DNA from: Octopus bimaculoides
Taxonomy: Eukaryota
Direction: 5' to 3'
NCBI RefSeq assembly: GCF_001194135.2
Contig: NC_068981.1
Location: 156,178,409-156,220,173, forward strand
Length of the DNA stretch: 41,765 nt
The notes below the pieces were generated by a model, which worked only from the letters and a program-made list of their open reading frames with translations, did not search any database and was not told the origin of the DNA. Every line of letters begins with the position of its first letter. The stretch's first letter is position 1. This document shows, piece after piece, positions 25,986 to 37,831 of the stretch. The position numbers and the translations under genes are program-made.

Positions 25986-26044
25986 CTTTAGCAAAGTTTA
26001 GCAAAGACTTTAGCAAAGTTTAGCAAAGACTTTAGCAAAGTTTA
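25986..26044. repeat. 22-bp tandem repeat (ctttagcaaagtttagcaaaga), ~2.7 copies
   Basis: Five copies of tttagcaaag with an alternating linker. Confidence 0.95.
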
Positions 26045-27561
26045 CTCTGTTGCAAGTATTTGAGCCAGGTCACCGGTCAAAGTATAACTTTCTCCCTGCC
26101 TTCCATTAGTTTTAGAGGTCTTGAAATAATTGGTAGTTTCAATCCCAAAAGAAATCATTATTACCTATAGTTTATTGATAGGTACCTCTGATCAGTGAAA
26201 GGTCAAGCAAATTATCCGCACGAGTGTCAAGAAATATAAATAATATCAATATTAAATCTAAAAATTTCAATAGTATTTATATTAAATCTGAAATCATCCG
26301 TCTTTACGTTCTGAGTTCAAATTCCGTCAAGTGCGACTTTGTCCTTCATCCTATGAAGTCGATAAAATAAATACCAGTTGAAAGCTGTGGTTGATATAAT
26401 CCGCTTAACTTCTCTCCAGAAATCGCTGGCCTTGTACCAAAATTTGAAGCTAATATTAAATCTGGAACTTCAGTCTATTTAGATGTCTTATTGATTTAAC
26501 ATTAAATCGAATTATCTCAATCTTAATAACATAAAAATTAAATAGATTAATGAATTATCTGATTATTACGCTTATTTTGGTCACTGGATAATGCTGATTA
26601 TATTATTGTTCAGTAAGTTAAAACATCAATATTTCACCTGCAAGCAAAATAAATAAATTCTAATTTATTTTAATCAGATGATAATATCTTTTAGGAATAC
26701 GTGAAATTCCTAAATTCCCATGTACGTTTCCCAACATAGAGGATATTTATGCCTAGAGGACATTGATTACCCCACACCATTCTTTTAACTAAACCATTAA
26801 AAGAGAAAATATATAATGCATATAATTATGCATATATACAATTATTACTCAAATTTGAGGGATGATTTTAATAAATTATATCGAATGTTGTAACTGGTTG
26901 GTATGTTGTCTTATCAACTCCAGAAAGATAAAAGGCAAAATCGACCCAGGCGAAATTTGAACTCAGAAAGTAGTATTTATATTGACACAATTTCGTGAAA
27001 TGCAATGTACAGTGTGTAGTGAAAACTGAGCTTCTGTTTCACAGAGCCTCAGCTTGAAGTTATTTTCATTTTACTGACAACGTTTAGAGATATACCGGGC
27101 TGGATAAAAATCAACAGATGTCCTACGTACCGCCTGACACCAACAGTGAATCCTCCTCTACACTTCCATTGACAATACAGTGAGGCATAAGTGCTGTTTG
27201 TAAAATAATAGATTAAAAATTTGGTTTTCTCACAAGCTAAACTCAACAACCTTTTAGAGTTGACACTAAAATAGCAGGCAACAAAAACAATCCAAAATTT
27301 TCGATACAATTTATTATTAGAAGGGAGAAATACAATTACTGAAATTTATCGGAAACTATTTTTTCAATAGAAATCAATTTTGGTAGTAATTTATTGGAAA
27401 AATATATTTTTGTGTGTAAAAAAAAATTATTTGTACAAAGCAAAATATCTTTTATTCAGTTGGCTTCAAACCTTGAGGATATATAGAATTTCAACACAAA
27501 ATATTATTGCTTAATGCTGCTTACTTTTATACTTTAAAATGTTTAAAATATTTTCTTGTTA

Positions 27562-27609
<48 letters not shown>

Positions 27610-27612
<3 letters not shown>

Positions 27613-28005
27613 GGTGTTCCAGAAGTCTCGGGCACATTTTGACATTGAATATCTCGAAAACTATTAAGGACATAAAAGCGCACCTGATATATTCTGAAAG
27701 CCTGCAATTTCAAGCTTTTTAATGGAATGTTCAAAGATGCTCAATGTGAGCACCGTTGGTCACACAGTACACATCAAGCCGGTAGTCCAATTCTTGCCAA
27801 ACACGTTCCATTCATTGCGTTGTCGATGGTTGCAACAGCTTTCGTTATTCAGGCCTTCAGTTCATCCACGTCTTTTGGAAGGAGAGGCACATAGACCAGT
27901 TCTTTCACAAACCCCCACAAAAAGAAATCGCAGGGTATGAGATCTGGAGAGCTGGGGGGCCAGGGCATGAGAACGCGATCATCTCGCCCATACCGTCCAA
28001 GGAAG
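27610..28005 (-). mobile_element. Tc1/mariner transposase 3' remnant with one terminal inverted repeat
   Basis: Minus strand encodes WPPSSPDLIPCDFFLWGFVKELVY...ELKA*ITKAVATIDNAM, then a frameshift to ERVWQELDYRLDVYCVTNGAHIEHL* (stop at 27731-27733). The CAGGGTGT terminus at 27610 abuts a (TA)n run. Confidence 0.85.
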
Positions 28006-28802
28006 GATTTTGAAAACATTAGTAAGACAATCCAGCTTGGACATTATAGTTAATTTGAAACTTAAGTAACTGAATTTGGAAATTCATTAAATCTTAGCCA
28101 TCTGGACCTGCTTTAAGAATAATACAGCATTGGCTAAGTAGCCTTCATAATCTATTTAATCTGATTTATTGTAACAGCTTGGCATAGATTAATTCACATG
28201 TGTACGACGTTTAATTTAACAAATATTGTCATTGCCTTTAGCACAATATATTTTTATAGTTAAAATATCTACATCTTCACTTTGTTAATAGATGAAAAAA
28301 AAAAATTAATGAGAAATTCAGCAACGTATTACTTACTGCAAATAGTGAAGCATTAAAATAGACCAATTTCTTAATTCAAAATGCAAACAACACAATAAAC
28401 GAATAAAGTGGCATACATAGATAACCATAAAACCATAGCCGTCACTCATATGCATATGTTTTTGTTTTGTTTGTTTTATTTATTACGGCCACATTTTGAG
28501 GGGGCCTACTTCTTTTGCACAGTTTGCACCATTATAGATCCGGTACCGAAAAGATAAAAACGAACATTGATGCCTCATTCCTTCGATGCCCTAAGAAAGT
28601 AGTTATTTTGCTCAATGATTAATCCGTTACTAAGTATATGCTAAGGGAAAATACGTTCGTTATCCATCCAGTTGTTCCTTAAAACATTGGTTTCAAATTT
28701 TGGCACAGGGCCAGCAATTTTGGAGGAGGGAGAAAGTCGATTGTATCGACCTAATGCTTTCATGATTCTGCCGGCTCACCGCTTTATTCTTCTTTAAAAT
28801 AT

Positions 28803-29241
28803 TGATTTCAAATTTTGGTACAAAGCCAGCAATTTACGGGATAGGAGTAAGTCGATTATGTCGACCCCGGTGCTCAACCAGTACTTATTTTATCGATCCC
28901 GAAGGGATGAAAGGCAAAGTCAACCTCAGCAGCATTTGAACTCAGAAGATGAGGACGGACGAAATAGCGTGCTAATGATTCTGACAGCTCACCGCTTTAT
29001 TCTTCTTAGAAATATACGTTGTTTGTAAGACAGCGAGCTGGCAGAAATGTTAGCACGTCGGCATTTCGTCCATCTTTACGTTCTGAGTTCAAATTCCGCC
29101 GCGGCCGACTTTGTGTGTGTGTGTGTGTGTGTGGACCCATTTCCGAGTCGATAAAATAAGTACAAGTTGAAAACAGGGGTCGATGTAATCAACTAAATCC
29201 CTCCCCCAAAATTGCTGACCTTGTGTCAAAATTTGGAACCA
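28803..29241. mobile_element. Head-to-head inverted pair of family B SINEs
   Basis: Minus copy at 28803-28999 and plus copy at 29027-29241, with a ~27 nt spacer. Confidence 0.8.
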
Positions 29242-29298
29242 ACATTGGAACTTTGTAAGAAATAACACAATAACTTATACATTTTTTTTTATTTGCAG

Positions 29299-29456
29299 AT
29301 GCCCTGTGCTTCGACAATTCTTTTAGTATGATGACTTCAAAGAATGTCCGTTATACTGCAGAAGTTATGAATCCTGAAATTGATGTTTTGAAAGAAGATC
29401 TTGATAAAATGATCAAAGACAGCACTTGGGATGAACTTTCTGCTCAAATCAATTAG
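29299..29456 (+). CDS. RALBP: RALBP coding exon 9 ([23 protein letters not shown]...SAQIN*)
   Basis: tttatttgcag| acceptor, GOLD motif Y.L.FDN.FS...K.V.Y, TAG stop at 29454-29456. Confidence 0.95.
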
Positions 29457-29684
29457 ATTAATATATAAATCTAAACGCACACACTAACATACATACATGC
29501 ATACCCATATAAACAAAAACCTCGTTGTTAGATTCAGAGATATGTTGATAGAGAAATTCAATTCCAGCAATGCTCAAATGAATAGTATCAGTAACAACTA
29601 GGAGTTGGACATTAAAAGCAACATTAACAACGAACTAATGAGAAGCTATTTAACGAAAGTCATAAGAATTGTCCTGTTCACACG

Positions 29685-29690
29685 AATAAA
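29685..29690 (+). terminator. Candidate polyadenylation signal (AATAAA) for RALBP
   Basis: First canonical AATAAA I saw after the stop (~230 nt downstream). It is followed by a CA at ~29701 and a T-rich tract (tgtttttattg). Other AATAAA sites occur near 30.4-30.8 kb. Confidence 0.45.
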
Positions 29691-32065
29691 TATTTGAGTG
29701 CAAATCTTCCTCTATAGAATGTTTTATTGAAATATCTAAAGTAATTTCTATAACCTTCCGAAATATCCTTCTGAAAAATAGTACAAAACTATCTAATGAT
29801 ATATTGATCTGTATTTGAAGATAAAATTGATATTATGCTTCAGATATTTCAGATTTGTTTCGGCCCGTGGTGGCACATATCAACTCTAACTTTAATCCAT
29901 GCCTATTTTACATGACATTTAGAACATTTTGGAGAACTTAAAGCAAAATATCATGAATTTATTTAAAATACAAAAATTTCAATAACGGAAAGAAATTCCA
30001 ATCATTTGTTGTTGTTTTTTGTTTTTTCTAATATTCAATGGATCATTAAAATTAATATAATAAACTAACACTATTTTAATAATAACGATAATAATAATAA
30101 TTTTTTTCTTTTATTAGCCACAAGGGTTCACATACAAAAACATTAAATGACATACAACAACATAAAAGACAAAAACTGAACGATACAATAATAGTAAGGA
30201 TTATAACGCTAGTGATCAGTTATTAGCGACTTCTGAAAAAGTCGACAAATCTCCTGTTGTTACTAATACCGATGTTACTGATATCAACTTATGACAATTG
30301 TTTTAAATGCTTCCTTTTCGCTATTATTCATTTTTTTAATGTATCTTCTAAATCTTCATCCTTTCAAATAAAGATAGAGCATAAATAAATTGTTTCTTGC
30401 TTTTTTTTCTTCTTCTATTGATATGTATGTATTTCTGTTCAAATACGTCTATATGTGTAAACGCATATAAAAACGACAGGAATATAAGTTTAATATCCTG
30501 TATGGCAATTCTCTTGACCAAAATATAAACAGCTATGCAGTTGATATGAGAAATCAACAATATAGTTGTTTGAAAGTTCAAATATTTTACTCCCATAACG
30601 TAGATTTTTTTAGTTTTTTTATTTTCATTATACTGCCACATCATATTTACATTATCAGAATCATACTTTTTTTCTTATACAAACACTTTAAAACATTTTA
30701 AAATATTTTTGAATGGGTGTATGGGGAAACATACTGAATCTATTTTTTCCACAAAAATTATATTTATAAAATAAAGGCATGTCATATGTTACAGGGCGTC
30801 TTCTATCCTAGCAAATACGGTAATAAGAATTAATAAAAATTTCTATAGAACATCTGTTGGAAAGATCAACCTCTATTAAAAGAACTTGAAAAAGACGAAA
30901 AATGGATGCTTGAAAAATTTATGATGACATAGTTTCAATTCTCAGTTTATATCAAGTACTGACGACAACTTTAGTTACATGGACTTTTGGTCATATCAGG
31001 TCAAAGCTTCGACTTTATGTTTCCACTTTCAGCTAATGTGGTTTTGTGATGTATATACACTAACGCATACTCACGCATACATGTGTGTGAGTGTATACAT
31101 ATACATTTAAGTACATGCATACATACTAATCTGAATATATATACATTTACATACACACATACAAAAATACCATGTTGATGTTGAAATTCCCATGAAGGAG
31201 AATTGGATCTAGGTTAGAAACCGGCTCTTCCTTTATTGGCAAAAAATCTTGAAATAAAACTGAATAATGACATACATACATACACACACACACACATACG
31301 TACGTACGTACATACATACATACATACATATATAAAAGAGACAAGTCTAAAATAATGGTCATTGCATATAATTCCTTTATTAGAGCAAATTTGGCTTACA
31401 GTTGTTTCCAGTAATTATTATAGATAGGTTTACTCAATCGGTCGATTAATCAATTGAGGTGAATTGAACGACCTAAGATAATTAATGCTACTTGCGCCAA
31501 AGCCATTACTGGAAATTTTCGTGAGCCATAACTTGGGACCCTGCCAAAAGATTATTTCGAGTTCATCACTAATCTAAGTAATGTTGTTAGCCTGGTGTGC
31601 CAACAGAGAGCTTATGAATTATTTTGCCTGGATTGATAATCCCTCACTATTCGTTCTATATACAATATATACAAACATACATATATATATATATATGTGC
31701 AAAAAGAAAAAGAATGACTTCACTGTTAGTTCTAATTAGTTTAATTTGCTATTTTTTTAAATATTTTAATAATATAAATTTTAGTTCATAGATCTAGGAA
31801 GTTCTTTGTTAACTTGGGTGTGGAGATTATTTTTTTAAATTCCTTGTTAACTTTTTGGGAGAACTTTCTTACATTCGTTGTCAAACAGATCTGAGGATTT
31901 GGGGCTTTGTGATTCTATATATAGGATTTGGGTGGGTTTGGGTTTTGTTAATCAATGTGGGAGTGAAAGTAATGAATGGTCAACACAAGATACTTGATTG
32001 GGAGTGGAGTTGGGAGGTGGTGGGGTATTAAAGGAATGTTTGTGAAGCCATTTAAGTAGTTAATA

Positions 32066-33340
32066 GTGCAGCATGAGGACAAAAAAGCAGAGAGAAATTT
32101 AACTGGTTTAAACAAAATTAAAGATCATCGTAGGGTGCGGAATAGTGAAGTAGAGTAACCCCAATGAGCCTTTTTATGTTTTAGAGTGTCCGGGACTAGT
32201 GAAAAGAAGGAAAAGAACTGAAAGCATGGCATGACTGACATCCGCTAAACGCACTCAAGAATCAGGTGGTGGTATTAAACCTGACAGCGGATTAAGTCAA
32301 CCGAATCAGAATGCAAAGAGCCAGAATAAATACCGCAAGGCATCTCGTCCAAGACTCTAGCAATTCTACCAGTCCACCATTCTAGACTACCACACGGGAT
32401 TTGAATACAAAGCTGAGAGAGTCGGAACAAGCTCTGCAAGATATTTAATCCTACCTTCTAACTACTCTGCCAGATTTAGACCTAAGCTAAGTAAGCTACA
32501 GCTTATGTTTCACAATTTACAAGGACCTCAAAATAACTGAAAACCATGTACGGTTGCAATTTTTATGAGGCGTTCCTGTGTAATTTCTAACCGGGTCCTA
32601 CAAACTTTATACTGCTTAGTATCTCACTATGATTTAAATCCAGCATTTGATAGGGGCAGTCAAATCGTTCGTGTTCAGTGGTTAGAAAACTACTCAGAAA
32701 CACATGTGCATGCATTCAATAACACAAATGAAAGGATAAAAAAATGAAACACCATGAGTTCCAATAAAGTAAATGAACGGGGATGTTATGTAAGAGGAAG
32801 GAAAATGACCAGAAGCAGAAAAAGCATTTGTTGATGTTAAGGTGCCTTGCGGTATACATAAATTCGTAGTGTAAATGTTGATAACAATGGAAACTAACAT
32901 GCAGACCGAGGTTTCAATTCCTGGTTGCGAATTCAGTGTCTCTCCTATACAGATAGCTAGAAAAAGAAGAAAACATGAAGTGCGGCATGAGGACAAAAGC
33001 AGAAAAAGAGAAAATTAACTGGTTTAGACATAATTAAAGACCATTGTATGGTGTGGGATAGTGGAGTAGGTTTTAACTAATTATTCCGGAAGTGGAGAGT
33101 AGCACTTATGAGCCTTTTTATGCTTTTAGAGTGTCTGAGACTAATGGAAAAAAAAAAGGGAAAGAATTGGGGGTATGGTATGAATACGTGCAACAGAATG
33201 ACAACCGGTAAACGCACTCAAGAATCGAATGATGGTATTAAACCTGGCAACGAATTAAGTCAACCGAATCAGAATGCAAAGAGCCAGAATAAATACTACG
33301 AGGCATCTCGTCCAAGGTTCTAACAATTCCGCCAACCCAT
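32066..33340 (+). repeat. Diverged direct duplication of a ~320-360 bp unit (32066-32380 and 32980-33340)
   Basis: Both copies carry gtgc.gcatgaggacaaaa...aactggttta...taaacgcactcaagaatc...ttaagtcaaccgaatcagaatgcaaagagccagaataaatac...ggcatctcgtccaag. Confidence 0.9.
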
Positions 33341-33479
33341 CACTTTTGATGACAGGTGGATCTGTAGTGTCAGATCATGAGTTTGGCGAGTAAATCTTCT
33401 AATGTCCTTGTTATGGATATTACTGAGACTTACCTTCAAACATTCATCCAAATACCAGCTCTTTCTTTCTTCCTTTCTT

Positions 33480-33518
<39 letters not shown>

Positions 33519-34059
33519 CTTTCATTGTTCCTCTGTGTGGAATGGTCTTGTACCTCCACCTCTTGAGCACTCCCAACTCTCTTTTATCTCTTTCTGCTGT
33601 CACCCATATTGCGTCCACGTACCCCAGGCTCTGCNNNNNNNNNNNNNNNNNNNNNNNNNNNNNNNNNNNNNNNNNNNNNNNNNNNNNNNNNNNNNNNNNN
33701 NNNNNNNNNNNNNCTGCTAACGTAGAACGAAAAAGGTATCAATTTGAAGAAGAATCTGCAAAGACCATAGACACAGCTCCTTCTTCCGTCTGAAATCTTT
33801 AAAATAAGTAAGTAAATAAATAAATAAATAAATAAATAAAATCTAATTGAAAGAGTCGAAGAAATTACAAAAATGAGATGGCAGTTTTAGTATGAGAAAA
33901 GATATATATTTTTTGCAAGTATCGTTAGAGCATCGATATTTTTTCCAGATCTTTACGTCCTGAGTTCAAATCCTGCCGGAGTCAATTTTGCCTTTCAACA
34001 TTGTGGAATCGATAGGACAAAGTGTGATGCCAGTCAATAAAGTGCTGGGATTGAAATTT

Positions 34060-34680
34060 TAGAGGTGATTTGAAACCGAACTGCCAGATAACCGGTCACG
34101 CATCACGATCAACCCACAGTAGTTTCACATGATCGGTCTATCAAGCAACCAATCAACGTCAAACCATCGCGTGATTCAATCTTTTAGAATTTTCACTTTG
34201 TACTCTATAAAAAAGCCGCTTTTGATGGTAATTGCAGAATGTTGAGGCAGCTGCACGTTGTGTCTCCATTCTCACCACAGCCAGACAGTTAAGACGAGAT
34301 GGCCGATAATCAACAGAAATTTTCGTCGCTATGAATATAACATAATTGCTTTCAGTTATGATGGACCAGCCACAGACTGTTGTATCATTAAGCTTGTAAA
34401 CTCCAAGCAGTATGTCTCTCCTAGTATGTAATTATTGTTATTATTTGTAAATGACCAACACAGTCAAACTCTATGTACAATAATAAAATCTTCTGTTAAC
34501 TATTCGCAGTTGTTGTCAGTTATTCCTTCAAGCACTCCGAGAAATGCTTTTTTATTCAGTAACTCAACCAGTCATCACTGCAGACCAGCCAACGACATAG
34601 TCACTCGTTGTAACACAATAATATCATCGACTACCCATTCTCGCCTTCAAAACTGTTAGCGTTGTGCCTATATTTGAAAC
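34060..34680 (+). mobile_element. Putative LTR-like repeat with promoter motifs
   Basis: CpG-richer block with CCAAT at 34149 and TATAAAA at 34206 and no supported ORF. Boundaries are approximate. Confidence 0.3.
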
Positions 34681-34767
34681 AAATTATTACAATAATTGTT
34701 AGTGTTTTGTCGATGTAGGCATTGAGGTTATGCAGTCTATAAGTAGTCTGCAAGACTACTTATAGAC

Positions 34768-35140
34768 TGGTAAGAAGTTTACTTCTCAACATCAAGGTTT
34801 CAGGTTCAGTCCCACTGCATGGCACCCTGGGCAAGTGCCTTCTACTATAGTTCCGGACCGACCAAGCCTTGTAAGTGGATTCGGCAGAAGAAAGGTGAAA
34901 GAAGCTTGTGGTATGCATGTATGCGCGCGCGCATGTGTGTGTTATCTCTTCCCGCCACCGCTTAACAACCGGTGCTAATTTATTTATGATTCCGTAACTT
35001 AGCGTTTCAGCAAAAGAGATTCATAGAATAAATACCAGACTTAAATATAAGTACTGGGGTGATTTGTTCGATTAAAAGCCTTCAAGGCGATGCCCCAGTA
35101 TGGTCGCAGTCCGACGACTGAAACAAGTAACAGACAAAGG
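34768..35140 (+). mobile_element. SINE family C (head, TG-rich middle, tail)
   Basis: tggtaagaag...caggttcagtcccactgcatggcaccctgggcaagtg..., then a tail matching the reverse complement of 9040-9200. Confidence 0.75.
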
Positions 35141-36692
35141 CTAAAAGATACGTCATGCAGTGAAGAAAATTATCTAATTAAGTGATAATACTGATGCGGT
35201 GTGGGAAAGAACATATCAGCCTAGTGACAAATATGACCTTATCTGATCTTAATAAAATCGGGTGACAGCTTCGGACGGATTTCATTAAATCTCCTATTTA
35301 AATCTCCTCGGCAAAATATAGCTTTTTTTCGTACAGAGAGTACTGTACATGTGTTATCATCGAAAATGATGATAATAACTTAATTCTAATCATCAGATCA
35401 TGATTGTTCTTTTCACTGCATAATTAACTAATTAGGTTGTTCCACAGACATGCTCGCACGCAACATGCTGAATATCAACAATATAAAATTAATAAAATTA
35501 AAGGTAATTATGATCAATTAAATGATTTTCCAATTTGAATTAAAATAGATAGTGGTGCATCTTGTTCGGCTATTCCGTATTCCTTTATTGATAAAATCAG
35601 TTCACCATTAGTTCACCCATCAAAGATTTTAACAATTTAAGACGATTCAGCACTGAAAATAAGGAAACCGGTATTGCTAAATTTTCATACAATCACACAT
35701 GTTCGTCTGTAGAACAGACAAGGACCATTAAGTCATCCTTAGGATGAGTGATGACTTATGCGGTGACATTATCCGTGACCATTTTCAGTTCAGTGATAAG
35801 ACCAAGTCAAGACGACTGGGGGTGGAGAGGGATGCAATGGATGACCAACATATCTTTACTTACCTCATCTTGGTCTCTGCAACCGCTTTCCCCTCTGTCG
35901 AACCATGGAGGTTACTTACGCAGAATTCGCTGGATTCAGCCTTCACATGCGTAAGTACGCAAGGTCTAATATTTTAATAAACCCATAGCTGAGACCATGA
36001 CGGATACTAGTACTCTGGATAAGAGTTGACCTGGGAACAATAATGACTAAGTAATGGTTCCACACTTCTCAAAGCCTTGCTACTCCCGAACCAGGCCCCC
36101 ACTTCCGGATGCAATTTAAAGTCTTACCTAGAACAATATAATGCTACAAACAATAATGATGCTATGAAGCAAAACTGTGGATTTCGATTCACCAAATGGC
36201 TTTGAAGTAATTGGAAGAGATGTCTTATATCAAGATACATGGGTAGCCATTGTGAAAGGTTATGCGGCTATCTTTCTTGTGAAGATGCTGAGTATGGGAT
36301 AACTATTGCTTGTAAAGTGCCTTTCTGTTTACAAGAGGAAGTTTTAAAAAATAAGAAAGTGTTAAAGTAGCCTTGAGAGACTTGGTGTAATATCAACTTG
36401 TGACTGAAATACCGTCAGGTATAATTCGTTTGCAGCTTGGATAAGAAAAGAGGATAGGTTGTTTAATGTGTGCAGGTTACAAAGTTTGTTTATATACAAA
36501 CATTGACACACATACTCCCAGTCAACTGTTGATTTAGATATTTTCTGGAATGACAGTTGTAACGTTATTCTCAACAATTGACCTAAATAATACATACTGG
36601 CAAATTCCATTGTTCGAAAACAAAATAAAACAAATATGAGTTATCAGTACATCTAACTATGTAAATGTCTGTTTGGGTCCATATACATTAGA

Positions 36693-36883
36693 CACACACA
36701 CACACACACACACATACATACGTGAGCGCGTGCATGCATGCATGCATGCGTGCATGCATACATACATACATACATACATACATACATACATACATACATG
36801 CATACATACATACATACATGCATACATACATACATACATACATACATACATACATACATACATACATACATACATACATACAT
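36693..36883. repeat. (CA)n-(TGCA)n-(TACA)n compound microsatellite
   Basis: Read directly. Explains the six overlapping MYVC/HTYI ORFs. Confidence 0.95.
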
Positions 36884-36884
36884 G

Positions 36885-37197
36885 CAGCGTGGATTTTCAG
36901 AAATTGCAGAAATCTCTTGTCGTTAGATGACGCGTGAGAGTTCTGCAATTTCTTGCTGAAATGATTCGTTTATAGTCATCAAATATTTGTGGTCACATAG
37001 GCACACTCCCTCCATCAAATCGACATTACCTGTACAGATGCACGATGTGTCACACGTCAGATGACGAAATGATCGCAGAGCAACGTGAAATTAAATGTTT
37101 TGCTCAAGAATATAACACAACGCCTGGTCTGGGAATCGAAATTACAATCTCGCAATCGTGAGTGCAACACCCTGACCACTAAGTCATGCGCCTTCAC
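36885..37197 (-). mobile_element. tRNA-derived SINE (family A), minus strand
   Basis: Reverse complement aligns with 2057-2330. Confidence 0.75.
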
Positions 37198-37236
37198 ATA
37201 CATATATGCATACATACATACATACATACATACATA

Positions 37237-37560
37237 GTGAAGGCGCGTGGCTTAGTGGTTAGGGCATTCGGCTCACGATCGGAAGGTCGTGAGTTCAATT
37301 CCCGGCGACGCGTTGTGTCCTTGAGCAAGACACTTTATTTCATGTTGCTCCAGTCCACTCAGCTTGCAAAAATGAGTAGTACCTGTATTTCAAAGGGCCG
37401 GCCTTGTCACACTCTGTGTCACGCTGAATCTCCCTGAGAACTACGTTAGGGGTACACGTGTCTGTGGATTGCTCAGCCACTTGCAAGTTAATTTCACGAT
37501 CAAGCTGTTCCGTTGATCGTATCAGCTGAGACCCTCATCGTCGTAACCGACGGAGTGCTC
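37237..37560 (+). mobile_element. tRNA-derived SINE, family-A head with a different tail
   Basis: Head gtggcttagtggttaggg...gagttcaattccc. The tail is shared with the minus-strand element at 37832-38103. Confidence 0.75.
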
Positions 37561-37569
37561 CTTTTTTTT

Positions 37570-37610
<41 letters not shown>

Positions 37611-37831
37611 TGATTCATCCTCTACAATTGATCACGATATCAGAGACTATAAAATATGTAAGACCTTCTTATAATTCAAAGGTGATGGTTAAAACAAGAG
37701 ACTTTCCTTCACAACCTTGCCGGTCAAAGTTTACTCTAAATTAAAAAGAAAAAAAAATGAACATGCATACATGTGTATTGACACATACATACATACATAC
37801 ATACATATATGTTGTTGTTGTTGTTGTTGTT

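Larger units (their letters stand above)
8221..29456 (+). other. RALBP: Spliced gene (9 coding exons) for a cephalopod retinal-binding protein, SEC14-like CRAL-TRIO + GOLD, 347 aa
   Basis: Coding exons of 60+189+76+81+84+107+140+149+158 = 1044 nt join in frame with GT-AG introns. The protein [37 protein letters not shown]...[60 protein letters not shown]...[13 protein letters not shown]...[23 protein letters not shown]...SAQIN* matches my recollection of squid RALBP. This is not vertebrate RALBP1. Confidence 0.9.

Noticed and set aside
33500-33634. Possible RTE-like LINE 3' end on the minus strand next to (CT)n
   Set aside because: Too short, truncated by an N gap, and only weakly similar to the recalled motif.
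36653-36948. Overlapping MYVC/HTYI-repeat ORFs, and similar ones at 10089-10344, 16067-16255, 19175-19839, 20253-20586 and 27507-27734
   Set aside because: They are translations of (TACA)n, (CA)n and (TA)n microsatellites or N gaps, with no splice or homology support.
37237-37310. tRNA-like sequences with A/B boxes (also at 2057, 9630, 20938 and 34768)
   Set aside because: No complete cloverleaf. They run into SINE bodies present in multiple copies, so they are not tRNA genes.
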